Shown here piece by piece: positions 43,901-58,842 of a stretch of DNA of 64,000 nt (its first letter is position 1; each line of letters opens with the position of its first letter). The notes under the pieces were generated by a model. The model was not told where the DNA came from and made no database searches. It was given only the letters and a program-made list of their open reading frames with translations. The stretch is from Trichinella spiralis (lineage: Eukaryota): the NCBI RefSeq assembly GCF_000181795.1, contig NW_003526941.1, positions 10,034,493 through 10,098,492 of the forward strand, in the 5' to 3' direction. The position numbers were made by a program, and so were the translations under genes.

Positions 43901-45707
43901 ATTTCCACTACCATCGGCATTACTTTAATAACACAAAAAATGAATTATTTCGCTTTGGAATTTATTCCACTTTGAAAAAGAAATGGTAATGTTCCATGAA
44001 AATTATCAATCGGTTTATATTTGAAAAATTAATTATTCAATTAAATTTATTCGTCGCATAACTTCAATTTCCCCCGCTCAAATCGCTACCTTCAACGCTA
44101 CACTAAAAGCAATCAAATAACCAAAGCAACTTGCTATTATTAATTTTGCATAAACATTTGTGCTTACTCATTGTTTTCCACGCTCTCTGATTATCAATTT
44201 GTTACCGTTTCCACTTGTAGTTTGTAGAAAAATCAAATACAGAAAAGTAAACCATTTTTTTTATTTTATACTTATTAAAATTAAATTAAATTAAAAAGAA
44301 TTTCCAGCTTTTTATTATTTCCATTAGTTTTGTTCATTCCACTTGGTACTGATCATTTTCTTTAAATACTATTTTACATGTCATTTTCGATTATAATTAC
44401 TTCGTTATTCATTATGTTATGAAAATGGAATAATTTTTCAAGCTTTAATGATAGTAATAATCAATTTGTAAAAATTAAAATTTATAAAATACGCCCCAGA
44501 CTGAACTACTGTTCATTTCACTTCCTCGGTGTTTGAAATAAATAGTAATTATTTGCATAATAAGAATCGAAAAATATGTGCAGCTTCATAAACTGAGATG
44601 AGAAAATTAATTAATTTGACAAAATTGAATATCACACTACTTTTAACTAAATGAATAAAAATTTCATTATTGATAAAAAACAATATCAAACAAAATTAAA
44701 GAAACTCGTTTAATTTTTTCAAAAAATATTGCTATTATGTAGCTTAAAAATAATTTTTTAAGAAAAAAGTTACTTATTTAAAATGTATCATTTAATGTTT
44801 ATTGAGTTGTTTATTGTTTGTTCGTAAAAATGACCTGCTTTTTGACAAGAACGGAAACAACAAGCAGCAGCTAGTCAGTCAGTCAGCTAGTCGGTGTGCG
44901 TAAAATTTAGTAGTGAGATGCAATTTCAGCCGGATATTCGATTTTCAATCGATAGAAAAGCTTGAATGCAGCATGTTATTTATTGGAGGTGAACGCCCTT
45001 TTCAAAACTGAAACATTTATATTATTACTTCAGCGAACTGTTTGTTGCTGTTGTACAAGCACATCCGGCTGTGCTTTACACTACATAGCCGCTAATTCTG
45101 TCATAACAAAATTCAAAAATAACAAGCTGTTCTTGAAAATATTTCCTGCCGTTTATGTTGTTTGTTTTAATGGATTATTTATTCAATGTTGTATTGTTGT
45201 TGTGCTATACATTTTGAAAAGGAAAGAAAAGCAAAGAAAAAAAATATACGTTGCAGTAAAGCTTATAAAATTGAATGAATGAATGAATCATTGCAACGTC
45301 AACGTGCAAAAATATACAACAACAGTGCCGCCGCGAATGTCGCTGGCTCAAATCACTTGTGACGTCGTTTATAATAGCTTTTTAATTCGTCGAGATTTTT
45401 TTTTGTTTTTCAATTCAAACTTATCATCCCTTTTGGAATATGGGGAAAAGAAAAAATTACCCGCCAATTGTGGCCTGTTGCTTTTCGAAATTTCACCGCT
45501 TGCCACACCCCAGTCTTGAAAAGGCATGTGAAAAGCGAAGCTTGTTTTTACAAACTGAATAATTGCACTGTATTATCGCACGCAAGCACGACACTCTCTC
45601 TCTTTCTCTCTCTCTCGCTTGCCATTTAATGTCATTTGCATTTGTCGTTCGTTGTGCGCGTTTCGAACAATTTCTCTTTTCCAATTTTAAAAATACTTTT
45701 TTCACAG

Positions 45708-48700
45708 ATGAACGAACATTATGCAAATGGGAAAATGAAAATCGAACCCATTTACCAACATCCCCACCTACAACGTGTACAAAACGGTTGTCACATTGGA
45801 AATAGTTCACAAATTCAACAACGCCAAACATCCTCCACCACTACACCCAACATTTATCCACGTACACAACTGATAACAGGAGCGGAATGGCAAGCGATCG
45901 TCAACAATACACTACGGTATGTATCAATTATTACAATTATTAATAATTGTGAAAATTCGAAGATAATTCAAATGCTCTGAACTGTACTATCATTTCATTA
46001 AAATTTACTTTATAAACACAACACGCTATATATAAAACTGTACTACATATATTGGTTTCAAACGTTTCAGCATTGCAAATATTGATTCGGAAATCAAAGC
46101 ACACCAACCAATATATAGCAGTACTAGTAGACAGACACTGTTGAATGATAATTGTATTTCCTTGTTTTACAATTTCAATGAATTTTTCTCACAAGCAACA
46201 ATAATTTAAATATAAAACAACTTTTTCATATTTATTTATAAATAAAATTTCATTTGAAAATTATCATCAACTTTCATCTTATATATTAATAATTCTATTT
46301 AAGAAGAAAAGACATTTTTTATTTCTTAATTGCGCCATTTCATGTTTAATTAATCCGCTGAAAATGGCTTTTTATTGAGCGTTGTCGTTGCACATTTGCT
46401 TTTCACGTTCCCATTTCAATGCACGACGTGAAATGAAAAATTTAAATTGACGCAAACAATTCATGAAATTTTGTATATAATTTTAGATCTCCAACTCCAA
46501 ATGGCTATTTCGAATATTCTGCACAAGAAATAATCGTCAAACCGAAAGAAGTAGACCTTTTTGTTTAAAAACTATTATTTCACCTATCGTGTGTCTCTTA
46601 TCATAATTATTTATTAATTAATTAAATGAATATTGAAAATTTTAATTTCATTTTTCAATTTCAGATGATTCACAACAGTACACTTCCACACCTTCCGAGC
46701 AGCAACAACTACAACAACAGTTATTCCACTAATCAATTGATCAACGAAAATGGCGACACTTATATGCATTTGAATTTTCTATGTACACAAATGTTGAACG
46801 TTTTGAAGTTGTCCAAATTTATTCTTCTTTTTCTCTCTCTGTCTTCTATAACTTTACATCATTTATTTATACGTAATTTTTCAGAGATTCTATTGAATTT
46901 TCAAAAAAACAAATCGATACAATGCTAACAGATCATGCAGCTGATAGAAATTTTTCACAAGTAAGTCGAGTCGATTTATTTCTTATTGTGATGTACTTCT
47001 ATTTTTGATAATCACCAACAAAATGAACAAAATGAAAAGTACATATTGTATATAATATATGCATAATTGATGATAGATCGATAACCCATATTGATTTTCA
47101 TTTTTTTCACTAATTTTCATATTAAATATCCAAAAAATATATATTTTACTTTTGAAAACGACAAAAACTATTTGTTTATTTTTGTTTGTTTCAGCTGGCG
47201 GATTATGAAATTTTATACGTAAGTGTGCTTTTTGTTGAAGCTTTTGTCTCACTAGCTTGTGCTTGATTGAAGTGCTGAAAATTTTGCAACTAATTTAGCA
47301 AGTGAAACCTGCTCAGCATCGACTTCGCCAACTGCAGCTTCAGCTGATTGCTATTCAAGAGCTGAAAGGAAAATATTTGAATACTTTAACAATGAATCGC
47401 ACCGCGGTGAAGTGTGAACTGGATAAGCCTGCTCGGCGTACAGTGCAACGATTGAAGAAAGCTAGAAATCGCTTTGCCGACATTACTCAAGATCTGGCCA
47501 AACTGCAAGCCGAAACCGAAGTCTACATGGGCTCGTTAATTTTCCAACCCAAGGGTCTATCTTCTATTTTATCTTTTCTCAGAGCTTCTGCTTTTTTCTT
47601 TGATTTTACAAAATGAAAATATAATACATAGAGTTTTAGGAATTGTTGGCTTTGCTCGAATAACATGCGGTGATGAATTTGAGCTGGTCATTAAACACGG
47701 ATCCCAAAAAGCGAAAATGCGCACTAAAATTGGCAAAGATCGCGTACAAATTTGGAATCCACCTGAGGCTGTTTTCAAATGTTTTCTTGGTGAAATTTTT
47801 GAACTAAAAGTAAGCAGATAATTATATATATATATATCATCCTCTTATTTATCTGTATCTCTTTTCTTTTTTTTTTCTTGGTAATTTTTCAATTCAGCAA
47901 TATTTGAATACAATTGCAGGTGTATGAGATGAAAAGTCTTGGAAAACGTCAACTTTTGGATACTTATTTTTATTATGTTGAACTGATTTGTAGTCAACCG
48001 ACTGCTCTGACTATAAATCTTAAACGATCTGGAACTGTAAAACTATATCTGGTGATCAACTGGGAGTAAGGAAAATTATATTAATTGTAGAAAACCAACT
48101 ACCTTTTCCCCCTTCCTCTTTTAATAATAATCTTCTCTTTTCAGTCCGTTAGATTTTACCGGCAAATCTAATGGAAATTGCGGTGTACATTCTGTCCGGT
48201 GGAAATCGCTCACCTCTTTTGGACGAAGCAAACAATCTAGACCCAAATCTTGGATATCATCTTTTAGCCCGAAAGATCAACGTGTAAACTCGACCTTCTT
48301 TTTCTTGTTTTGTTTATTATCAATTGCTCAGTGTGCTTAATTTGCTTACAGTCAACGAATATTATCAGATCTGCATCCGCTTGTGGAACACAAACGATGA
48401 CACACATTCCACGAATTAAATCTCAGACAAATATTGCAGAAACAAGCAACACAACTGACCCACTGCTTTACACGCTGGATAAAATGGTCTACTGTTCAAA
48501 ACAACTTTTGCAAAAATATCCTCAACTGAAAAATCTTTACAGTATATTACATTTGTTGAGATTGAAAATTCAGGTGAATAATCATCTATTGTTGTATACA
48601 AAATATTGCATTTCCAATAATTTTCAAATTTCAGGAATCAACCATGCAATGCATAACATCGGATAATACAAATGAGCCGACCGATTGCATTGCCAATCAA

Positions 48701-50783
48701 TTATCCAAAATGCACATGTTTGACGTTAGGGCTGATGATCCATTAAAGACAAGAGTTTCCAGGTTCGTTTTTTTTCTTTTCTTTTTTATAAACAACTCTG
48801 TACACTTTAAAATTATAAACTGAAACTTAAATTAAATTAAAATTGATTGACGAGGACTTAAAGTGCATTTGAAACCAAACATTTCTTCTCCTTCAATCAC
48901 AGTTTCACATCTGACAAAGCCTAATTATATAATCGTGGTAAAAATAAATTGTGACTTTTTAAAAGATGTGCAATTAGAGTCAGTAGATACAGTCCTTTTT
49001 TGTCCAATTTCAATTCACAATTTATAACTTTGAAAAAAAAGCTTGGCTCCAACAAACTATTATTCTCAACATAAAGTAACAACAGCTATTTAAAGAAAAA
49101 AGAAAATGTAGCCATATCTTTTTTTTTCCAGAGAAACATAAATCTAAATAATTCATCACCATCTATTTAAATATATTTATAAATAAAATCCGAATTCTAT
49201 TTTCAGCAATCGACTAAGTATGCACGAGTCCAGCTTGAGAACACTAAATTCAATGGTTGCTTGCGACAGCTTTTATCATCAGCAGTCTGAGAATACAAAA
49301 TCTATGTGCTGCTCAATGGAAGCTAAACTCCGAGAATCCCCGTTTCCAAACAGACAAGCAAAGGCAAGTCCCTCTGAATTGAGAATGACAGTGAAGCATC
49401 ATCTCGTTCACATACAACTGTTAATACAAGTGAGAAAATTTAAAATTTATCATCATTCAATTTATCGACGTACATCCCTATAAGTACACTAATTAGAAGA
49501 ACTAACTTTTGATAAACAATTATTGATTTCTTTGTTTCCTTCAATTATGAAAAAAATTATAAATAACCCCTGAAACAACGTAATAAATAGTGCATTATTG
49601 TTATTACTATTCAATTTCACTGCTGTTTATATTAGAAAAAGTTATTCGTGCTTTAGCAGTTAGACAAAGTCGGACCTATGAAAGCGAAAGAAGCAGAAGC
49701 ATTACGTAAAATAACCGAAGAAATTCAAATACTGAAATTGATCACAAAATTATCAGATGATCATCTCTGTTTGCCCAGTGTTTCAGATAGTCAGTATTTT
49801 TAAAGTTTTAAAATATATGAATCAAAATAAAATAAAATAAAATAATATATTTTACCTTTTTCAGTTTTGGGTGATCTTGATACGAGTGTCGAATTGCAGA
49901 ACATTTGGTTAGCCGCTTGTTGTAAAGCAAATCGATATTTATTGCCACTTTTGCAACTTTCCAATGAAATTAGCCAATTATATGGCACAAGCATCTGCTC
50001 TTATTATCCAGGATTGTTGGACAAAGGTGAGCATTTGTTATTTAAGATTAAATTATTTATTTACTGGAACTTTCTTTCGATTTTCAAATCTAAATCTTAA
50101 ATGATTAAAGTGATGGCCAGCATGCGTCACATGCTTACCGACGAAAGTACGTGGCTTCCACACGAAGTGACCGTCTTCCAGTTTGTTGGATTTTTCAAAG
50201 ATCAACAACTATCCGTTTTCATGGAAAATCTTTCTCACGAAAGTTTGTTTTTCACACTGAATTAACCATTCACGCGAATTTATAATTCAACTTTTAATAA
50301 TCATTCAGCTTGGATCAACGAAGGTCTGAAAAGCAGAAATATAAAAGAAATACGAATAACGCTTGATCGACTGAAACAACTGAATACTCTACCACCGACA
50401 AACTGTCTCCGCTACACAGCAATGCTATTGGTTGATGAACAGAGCGAACTGTATTCTGCATCCGGTGACAACAATCGATTACAATTCTTTCTTTCCTCAG
50501 TCATGTTAATATTTTAATTGTGATAAACTTTTATTTATTCGCAGAAAATTATTTGCACTCCATCGACAACAATTCCACCAGAGAAGAGATGATCAATCAG
50601 TATATTGCTATTCTTGAACACGATGATCCAATGTCAAGACGTGGCGCTTGTCGAGCATTGGCCCTCTTGAACGCTCAAAATGCCATCGAATTGCTCGTCT
50701 TTCTGAGCAGCCACGATCACAACCCGATGGTCAGAAACGAAGCTCGAAATTCTCTGTTCAAATTCGGTATCAGCAAACTGTAG
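45708..50783 (+). CDS. RIPOR/FAM65-family protein, copy 2 (contiguous)
   Basis: Exons at 45708, ~46487, ~46665, ~46885, ~47194 and ~47299 onward splice in frame into the FAM65 region and C-terminal HEAT-like segment. A possible extra upstream coding exon lies at 42922-42987. Confidence 0.87.
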
Positions 50784-51139
50784 GTCAGCTTGTCAAGTGG
50801 CCAAAAAATTGCATTACGCGTCTCATTGCTTGAATTTCTGTATATCGCAATTGAAATAAACAAAAAAAAACACTGAAAATACAAGATGAACTGTTTTCGT
50901 ATACATCAAACCGAATAATATTTATTCCAAACAAAATACGCATGCTGTAGACAGATACACTACAGCTGCAATGAACGATGCGAGGCTGGAATTTTAGTAT
51001 CTCGATATAAAATGGTATACTTTCATTTCAAGCAAAGCAATTAATAACAACCATACGAATACAATGTGGATTCGATTGCTCGGTAATTGTCCATTGTGAA
51101 TAATTAAAAGAACAGTTAACAAAATCCGAACCGAACGCT

Positions 51140-53635
<2,496 letters not shown>

Positions 53636-55191
53636 TGCAACGATCAAAAATCAGGACTAAGCAAAGTATATTCACAATACTAATACTATGATATGCGGCA
53701 AACGATATCACTGATGGAATAAAACAGAACAGTATACCATCACCACTATGGTCGAGTTGGCAGTTTACATTGACAAAAAGACATCTCCAACTCGACGACA
53801 GTAACTTTCCCAGTTAAGTATAGTCAAGTTTTAAGTCATACTGTGACACGAAATGTTGCATTAAAAGCGAATAAACGATGCGAACAGTTATCATAGTGAA
53901 GTAAAATTATTTTAAAATTCAAAATATTAACTTGAAAAATAAAAATTTAATATTAAATTTTTCTGATAATCTTTTTTTTCGCATAATCAACTTCATAAGT
54001 TTATTATGTCCCTTTTTTTCATTCTGTATATTTTCATTAAGAAAAACAAGAACAAAGTTTGTATTTTTCTGTAAAATGCATTAAATATATTTTATTATTT
54101 TTCAAGTAATCAAAATATTATGAATTGAACAAATTAAATAAAATTCTACTGAAATTTTGATATATTATTGCGATAACAAATTTATGAACAATACAATGCG
54201 ATTACTGTAATTTACAACTTTTTAAGATGATGTCATATGATGAGAAGGAATGCATGAAAATAAAATATTCCGATTCAGAAAATTCTTTCATGGTTAATTT
54301 TCTGTTTTACCATAAATAAGTAAAATGATAATATCTTTCTCTAGCAAGCGAATTTCGCTAGTGGAATAAAAATTTAATTATTTGCATGTTTTACTGATTT
54401 GTTTTACTTTTAATTTGGGAAGTTTCAGTTTGACCAGAAATTTTTCACAAATTCTTCAAAGAATGGAACATGAATTCAAAGTTATGAGCTTTTTTGAATT
54501 TATGAAAATAATACAATTACTTGACCGTTTACTTTTTCCACAAATTCATGCACAAAACACAGCCAATCGTTTGCTGATTTGAATAATGGTATATTTGAAT
54601 CAGAAAGTAGGAAATAATTTTATACTCGAAAAATTGTCCTGCACAGCTACAAGATAGTACAACCTGCTGAAATGAACAAAATAATACTGATAGAAAGTTA
54701 TTTTAAAGTTTAAAATCGTCCGAACGATGGTTTCAGCTGATAGGAAATGGTCAGCATTGGCACTGGTTTTCTAATTTAGCAATCACTGTACAGACGTTTT
54801 CCATCACTGAAATAATGTCATTTTGTCGATTTGTTTGCTTTTTAACAATTACTTCGCTGTAAAAAAACCTTCAATTCAACAAGCTGAAAGTAAAAATATA
54901 AAATTGAAAATGTCACCAAGTAAAGAAAAGTAAAGTAGAGCGAAGCAAAGAAAACTTAGTGGAATAAGTTAAATGGTTTGAGAAAATAAGTTTTTAAATT
55001 TTAATCCTGACAGACAACCAAAAATTATTCAGTGAATAATTCTTCAAGAAAAAAAACGTCGTGATAGTGAATTTAAAAAAAAAATAACCTTATTTAATTA
55101 GTTGAAATTTGTTTTTGAAAAAAACACACTGAACAGATAAGAATAAACCTTGAAAATCAGAATAAAATTAATTACTGTAAAGGTGCGCAGT

Positions 55192-55848
55192 TTATTCGGA
55201 CGTGGTGGATTTTTTGTACCGGGCCGTCGGTCCCCGTCGCAACGCTTTCACGTACCAGTAGAAATGCCACAGGATGAGCGTGAATATCCAGTTGAAAAAA
55301 GTTCCGGCGAAATAGATGGATGTATTGGTCGAAACTTCGCCGAAACGGTTGATCAATGCCGAAAGCATTTTTGGCAACGTGGCCAACAACAAGATGATCA
55401 AGCCAAGCGAATAAATGCTCTGCACAAAGACGGCTGGTCTCAGCAAGGCCGGCTGAGCGGTCCGAGGCAGCAGGGCTACTTGTACAAGAAGAAGTAGAAG
55501 TGAAATGAGATGAACTAAACACCAGACAAAACGCATATAGCCGCCGTCGAGGTGATTTGCCACGCATTTGTCTGTGCCGAGCAGTTGTTGAAAAAGGCCA
55601 TAGTCGAAAACGATCACATCCACTGCCAAAAATTGGCTGTGATTTTTGCCGGCAACGGTCGTGTTGAAATGACAATTGAACACACCCTCGCCATTGCACA
55701 TCGAATAGGCGTGCTGGGCGAAAGATGCGGCCACAATCAGCAGCTGAACGGCCGCAAACACTGTACTGATCAGTTGATTTTCGGCGGACCACTTCCAGAC
55801 ATGGGTCTGGTGATCGTCGATCACACAAACGCCACCACAAAGACGCAT
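55192..55848 (-). CDS. Intronless multi-pass membrane protein of unknown function
   Basis: 218-aa ORF from the ATG at 55848 with about 4 hydrophobic helices and a Cys-containing loop (DVIVFDYGLF...CVANHLDGGYMR). GC content is higher than in the flanks. I recall a similar motif in uncharacterised nematode proteins but have not verified this. Confidence 0.8.
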   Translation of the reverse strand: MRLCGGVCVIDDHQTHVWKWSAENQLISTVFAAVQLLIVAASFAQHAYSMCNGEGVFNCHFNTTVAGKNHSQFLAVDVIVFDYGLFQQLLGTDKCVANHLDGGYMRFVWCLVHLISLLLLLVQVALLPRTAQPALLRPAVFVQSIYSLGLIILLLATLPKMLSALINRFGEVSTNTSIYFAGTFFNWIFTLILWHFYWYVKALRRGPTARYKKSTTSE

Positions 55849-58842
55849 CAGTGCGGTCAATTTGGACCGTTGGCCATGATTGTACGTTTTGCATGGGCAA
55901 TTTGATTGTACTCTTATAAGATTGATGAAAAACTTCTTTGTATTTTTTCAATCCAAACCGAACCAACTACCAACGCCAGATGGTAACACTGTGTTTGCTT
56001 TTTAGCTTATCCTCCTATTCAGCTCAGCATGTTTTTTTTGTTCGCTTGTTTCAAATATTTTCTCAATGCCAGCAGATTGACGCGGTGTGCAGCAGCGTCA
56101 AGCTAACTGACTCAGCTCGAATCGGCTTGGTTCAGCTAAGCTCGTCGCATTTGCCGGCGTATTAATGATGTTCTAAAGCCGAAGTGTCATTCGTGATTGT
56201 CTGAACCTATCAGAGTTGGTGAATTTAATTTTCGTTCATCGTTGCCTGACGGTCGATTGCAATCACATTAATCCGCCAAATTGGCTTCTCTCAATAACTG
56301 ACGCGCCAAAATGACCAACATCGACCACTGACTTTTACCCTTTCACTTTCTCCACATCATCACCGGTAGACTGCTCATCTGCCCAATTTGACACCCATAA
56401 TATTGACAAATTGTTTACTTTGTTCCTATATTTATTAATTTATTTATAGGAGCTAACTAAACCAAAGAAAAACCGTTAACAAAATAATCAAACAATTTAA
56501 AACTAAAATGAGTGAAGACAACCATCATTGTTCGTTAATGTATATTCTTTTGAAAACGTTCACAAGTAAATGACATTCACAAATTGATAAAGACATTGTT
56601 AACAAAAAATTAAACTTTAAAGCATCAATTGTTAACGACTGAAACGTAATAATAAAATTACGGTAATTTTTCAAATTACTCAACATTACAGACAGACAGA
56701 CAAAGACATTGTAAAATATTTCTCTCAATTCTATCACACATATTATAATTTTGCTACCTATTATTACGTCGGCAAGAAATCTATAACAATGAAAGAAGAA
56801 AAAAAAATTAATTTAGCTTTCAGTTCAAATAGGCATTTAATAAATGAAAAGGAAAAATCGATTGTATTTTTAAACTTATTGTACGTAGTGATGTTGTTTT
56901 TCTGCTAATAAATAAATGTAAATTGAATTTCAAGTAAAAATCCCTTTATAATTAATAGTTGTTGTTAAAATTATTCAAATGTTTCAAAAATTAATAAATA
57001 AAAAAATAAGTAAAAAGCTGTATGTTTCAAATTAGTAAAAAGCAAATTACACAATTAACTGGGCAATGGCCAAGTGGAAGTGGAGAAGTTGCGTTTCTGT
57101 TGAGACGCGCCACAGCGACAGTTACTTTGATCAGGAAATGAGAAATTACATCTGAAATTAAAGAAAAGCAAAGATTTAATTGGCAATTTCTCGTGGAAAC
57201 AAGAAATTAGATTGCATTTTTGAAAATTGAAATCAATTGCACGCACTGGAGAAAGTTTCAAAGTGATAAATCGACATGCACAATGTGCCACGTGCGTAGG
57301 CAAAAACCAAAGCAAGCGTAACAGACATTGGCACACACACACACACTTACATGTATGTATATGTACGGCTTTCAAATTTTCCTTTCTAACAATTGCAACA
57401 AAAATTGATCTGAATAATACGAACAAAAATGGTGAACAAATTTCCCTCGCCACAATTGTCAAAGTTGAATTGATTACAATTATATTATATACAAGATGAA
57501 AAAAAAATTTCATTTCCAAAACGAACGAACACTTTACCATTTTCATTACAATACACACATACATGTGCATATAATGACGATTGGAAACTGAATAACCAAA
57601 AATACATTATACAACTGACGAAATTCAACTCAAGTTTAATTTCAATTGATTGTAATATAATTTTATTTCAGAAAATATTTCAATTCAATTTAGTAATTAT
57701 TTATCAAAAAAAATAACACATTTTAAAAATTTTACAGAAAAAAAACATTCTTTGATATTGATAATACAAAAATTATAGAATAACAAAAATAGGTTAATGA
57801 ATTTCAAGTACATTTAAATTTGAATATTCATATATTCCAATTTGTGTTTGAAGGATAATTTTTTTTGAATAATATACTGCGAAAAATGCATCCGTATTCA
57901 AAATAAATAACAACAACAATTGTGAAGTGGAGAAGGATAAATAAAATAGAATTGATCTGTAACGAGTCGCTCCCTTGAACAAGCTCGTTAACTTCCTCCG
58001 CCGTGTTATTGGCGCGTCCATCGCTATTCGGCGACGGGCCGGTATTGACTGGTGCATTTCCCTTTCGCTCAGTCTCACGCTTTCCTGTCGGCATTGCGAC
58101 AACAAAAGAACAAGCAATGAGTATATACTTTATTAGACAATCGGTAACCAGGATCGACGACGATGTAAACCACAAGCACACACACTTGGCCACTTGCCAA
58201 CACTGATGTAAACAACCCTTACCGTACTGCTCTTCCGATCTTCATGTATAATTCTTCATACTGTAGCTTCAGTGTTCTTCGCCTTCATTTTCTGCAGGAA
58301 AGATCTCATTAGTTCGGTCCGTGTCCGCTGCAGATCCAAAAAGGCGGGCGACATGAAATTCACCGCTTTCAATTGCCCAAGCAAGAATGCGATATGCCAG
58401 TAGCTAGTTATTCAAGCAAACAAAATCAACACAACCGGAAGAAACTGGATGCCCATCGCATCTTGCATTTCCAATTGTCATCTTTCAATGATGACTAAAT
58501 ATATCTGATGAACGGTGAAAAACGCTGTCTCTTCGCTTTTTCATCTATTGCGTGCTTATCAACTTTTCTCTGATGCATACTAATTTAAAATTTTTCACAC
58601 CGCAAATAGAAATTGACAAACAAACCCAACCGTATTCAATAAATTCGTCATAATGAAAAATGTCCTGTTTAATGTGTGGAAATTTTTTTCAAAAATCAAA
58701 TCATTCAAAAATTCAATATTCCATCATTTCAAATTGACGCTTGTACACGTTTGGACAATTGAAAAAATAAAACATTTTATACTTCAACAAATCAGTAAAA
58801 TTATTAAATGTTATTTTTAAGCAGTGTTCCAANNNNNNNNNN

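Noticed and set aside
56165..56249. Possible C/D box snoRNA (ATGATG...CTGA...CTGA)
   Set aside because: The C box is imperfect, the terminal stem is weak, and I could not recognise an rRNA-complementary guide.
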